The notes under the pieces are model-generated. The model was given only the letters and a program-made list of their open reading frames with translations. It did not search any database and had not been told where the DNA came from. From NCBI GenBank assembly GCA_038147085.1, contig JAYQSV010000001.1, positions 67,447 to 131,446 on the forward strand: a stretch of DNA of 64,000 nt, read 5' to 3'. Both the position numbers and the translations under genes were made by a program. Below, in pieces: positions 63,821-64,000 of this stretch (positions are counted from its first letter, which is position 1; each line of letters opens with the position of its first letter). Source of the stretch: Candidatus Actinomarina sp. (GTDB lineage Bacteria > Actinomycetota > Acidimicrobiia > Actinomarinales > Actinomarinaceae).

Positions 63821-64000
63821 ATCTTCCATTTGATTTAAGTTATACACAGATATTCTTTCTTGCTATCTTATTTTATTTAAGTTCAGCTATTCAAGGTGTT
63901 TTGGGTTTTGGTTTTGCAGTAATATCTTCTCCAATTGTGGTTCAAATTAATGCTGACTTGGTTCCGCAGTTACTTTCTTTACTAGCTTTACCACTAGCAA
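63817..64000 (+). CDS. TauE/SafE (DUF81) family anion permease, N-terminal part (TTG start, runs off window)
   Basis: LNLPFDLSYTQIFFLAILFYLSSAIQGVLGFGFAVISSPIV matches the TauE/SafE N-terminal GxGGG/F-type TM1 motif. Its start overlaps the preceding stop (TTGA). Confidence 0.65.
   Translation, partial: MNLPFDLSYTQIFFLAILFYLSSAIQGVLGFGFAVISSPIVVQINADLVPQLLSLLALPLA

Overview
AT-rich, tightly packed bacterial chromosome segment that starts at the replication-origin neighbourhood: jag-yidC-yidD-rnpA-rpmH on the minus strand, then dnaA-dnaN-DUF721-gyrB-gyrA-DUF3566 on the plus strand. Several markers point to a genome-streamlined, low-GC actinobacterium, possibly a marine lineage. These are CrgA, a PASTA-domain PknB with a PP2C phosphatase, a PAC2 protein, the mini ribosomal protein bS22, and the DUF3566 gene after gyrA. 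This taxonomic call is an inference. Most of the window is housekeeping: replication, aspartate kinase and asd, serS, dnaX, murJ, dcd, copZA, peptidases and transporters. There are 8 tRNA genes, including all four tRNA-Ser isoacceptors and tRNA-Arg(ACG) packed around tadA. I saw no rRNA, CRISPR array, transposase or integrase. Several features are missing from the ORF track: rpmH, bS22, a cobalamin riboswitch, a TPP riboswitch, a perfect TGTGA-N6-TCACA palindrome, and an Rdx/SelW-like gene whose CxxU redox motif uses an in-frame TGA (candidate selenoprotein with a downstream hairpin). The most system-like unexplained locus is 17.4-25.0 kb. It holds an OmpR/HK pair divergent from a Met/Gly-rich mini-membrane protein, a His/Met-rich secreted protein with a perfect 162-bp internal duplication, two paralogous Cys-motif lipoproteins, a peptidoglycan-binding adaptor and a MacB-type ABC pump. 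Other points worth checking are a frameshifted S9 peptidase, an A8 slippery run in dnaX, a TadA with an altered zinc motif, and a Lys-rich GyrA N-terminal tail. All calls come from reading the sequence and ORF translations; no searches were run.
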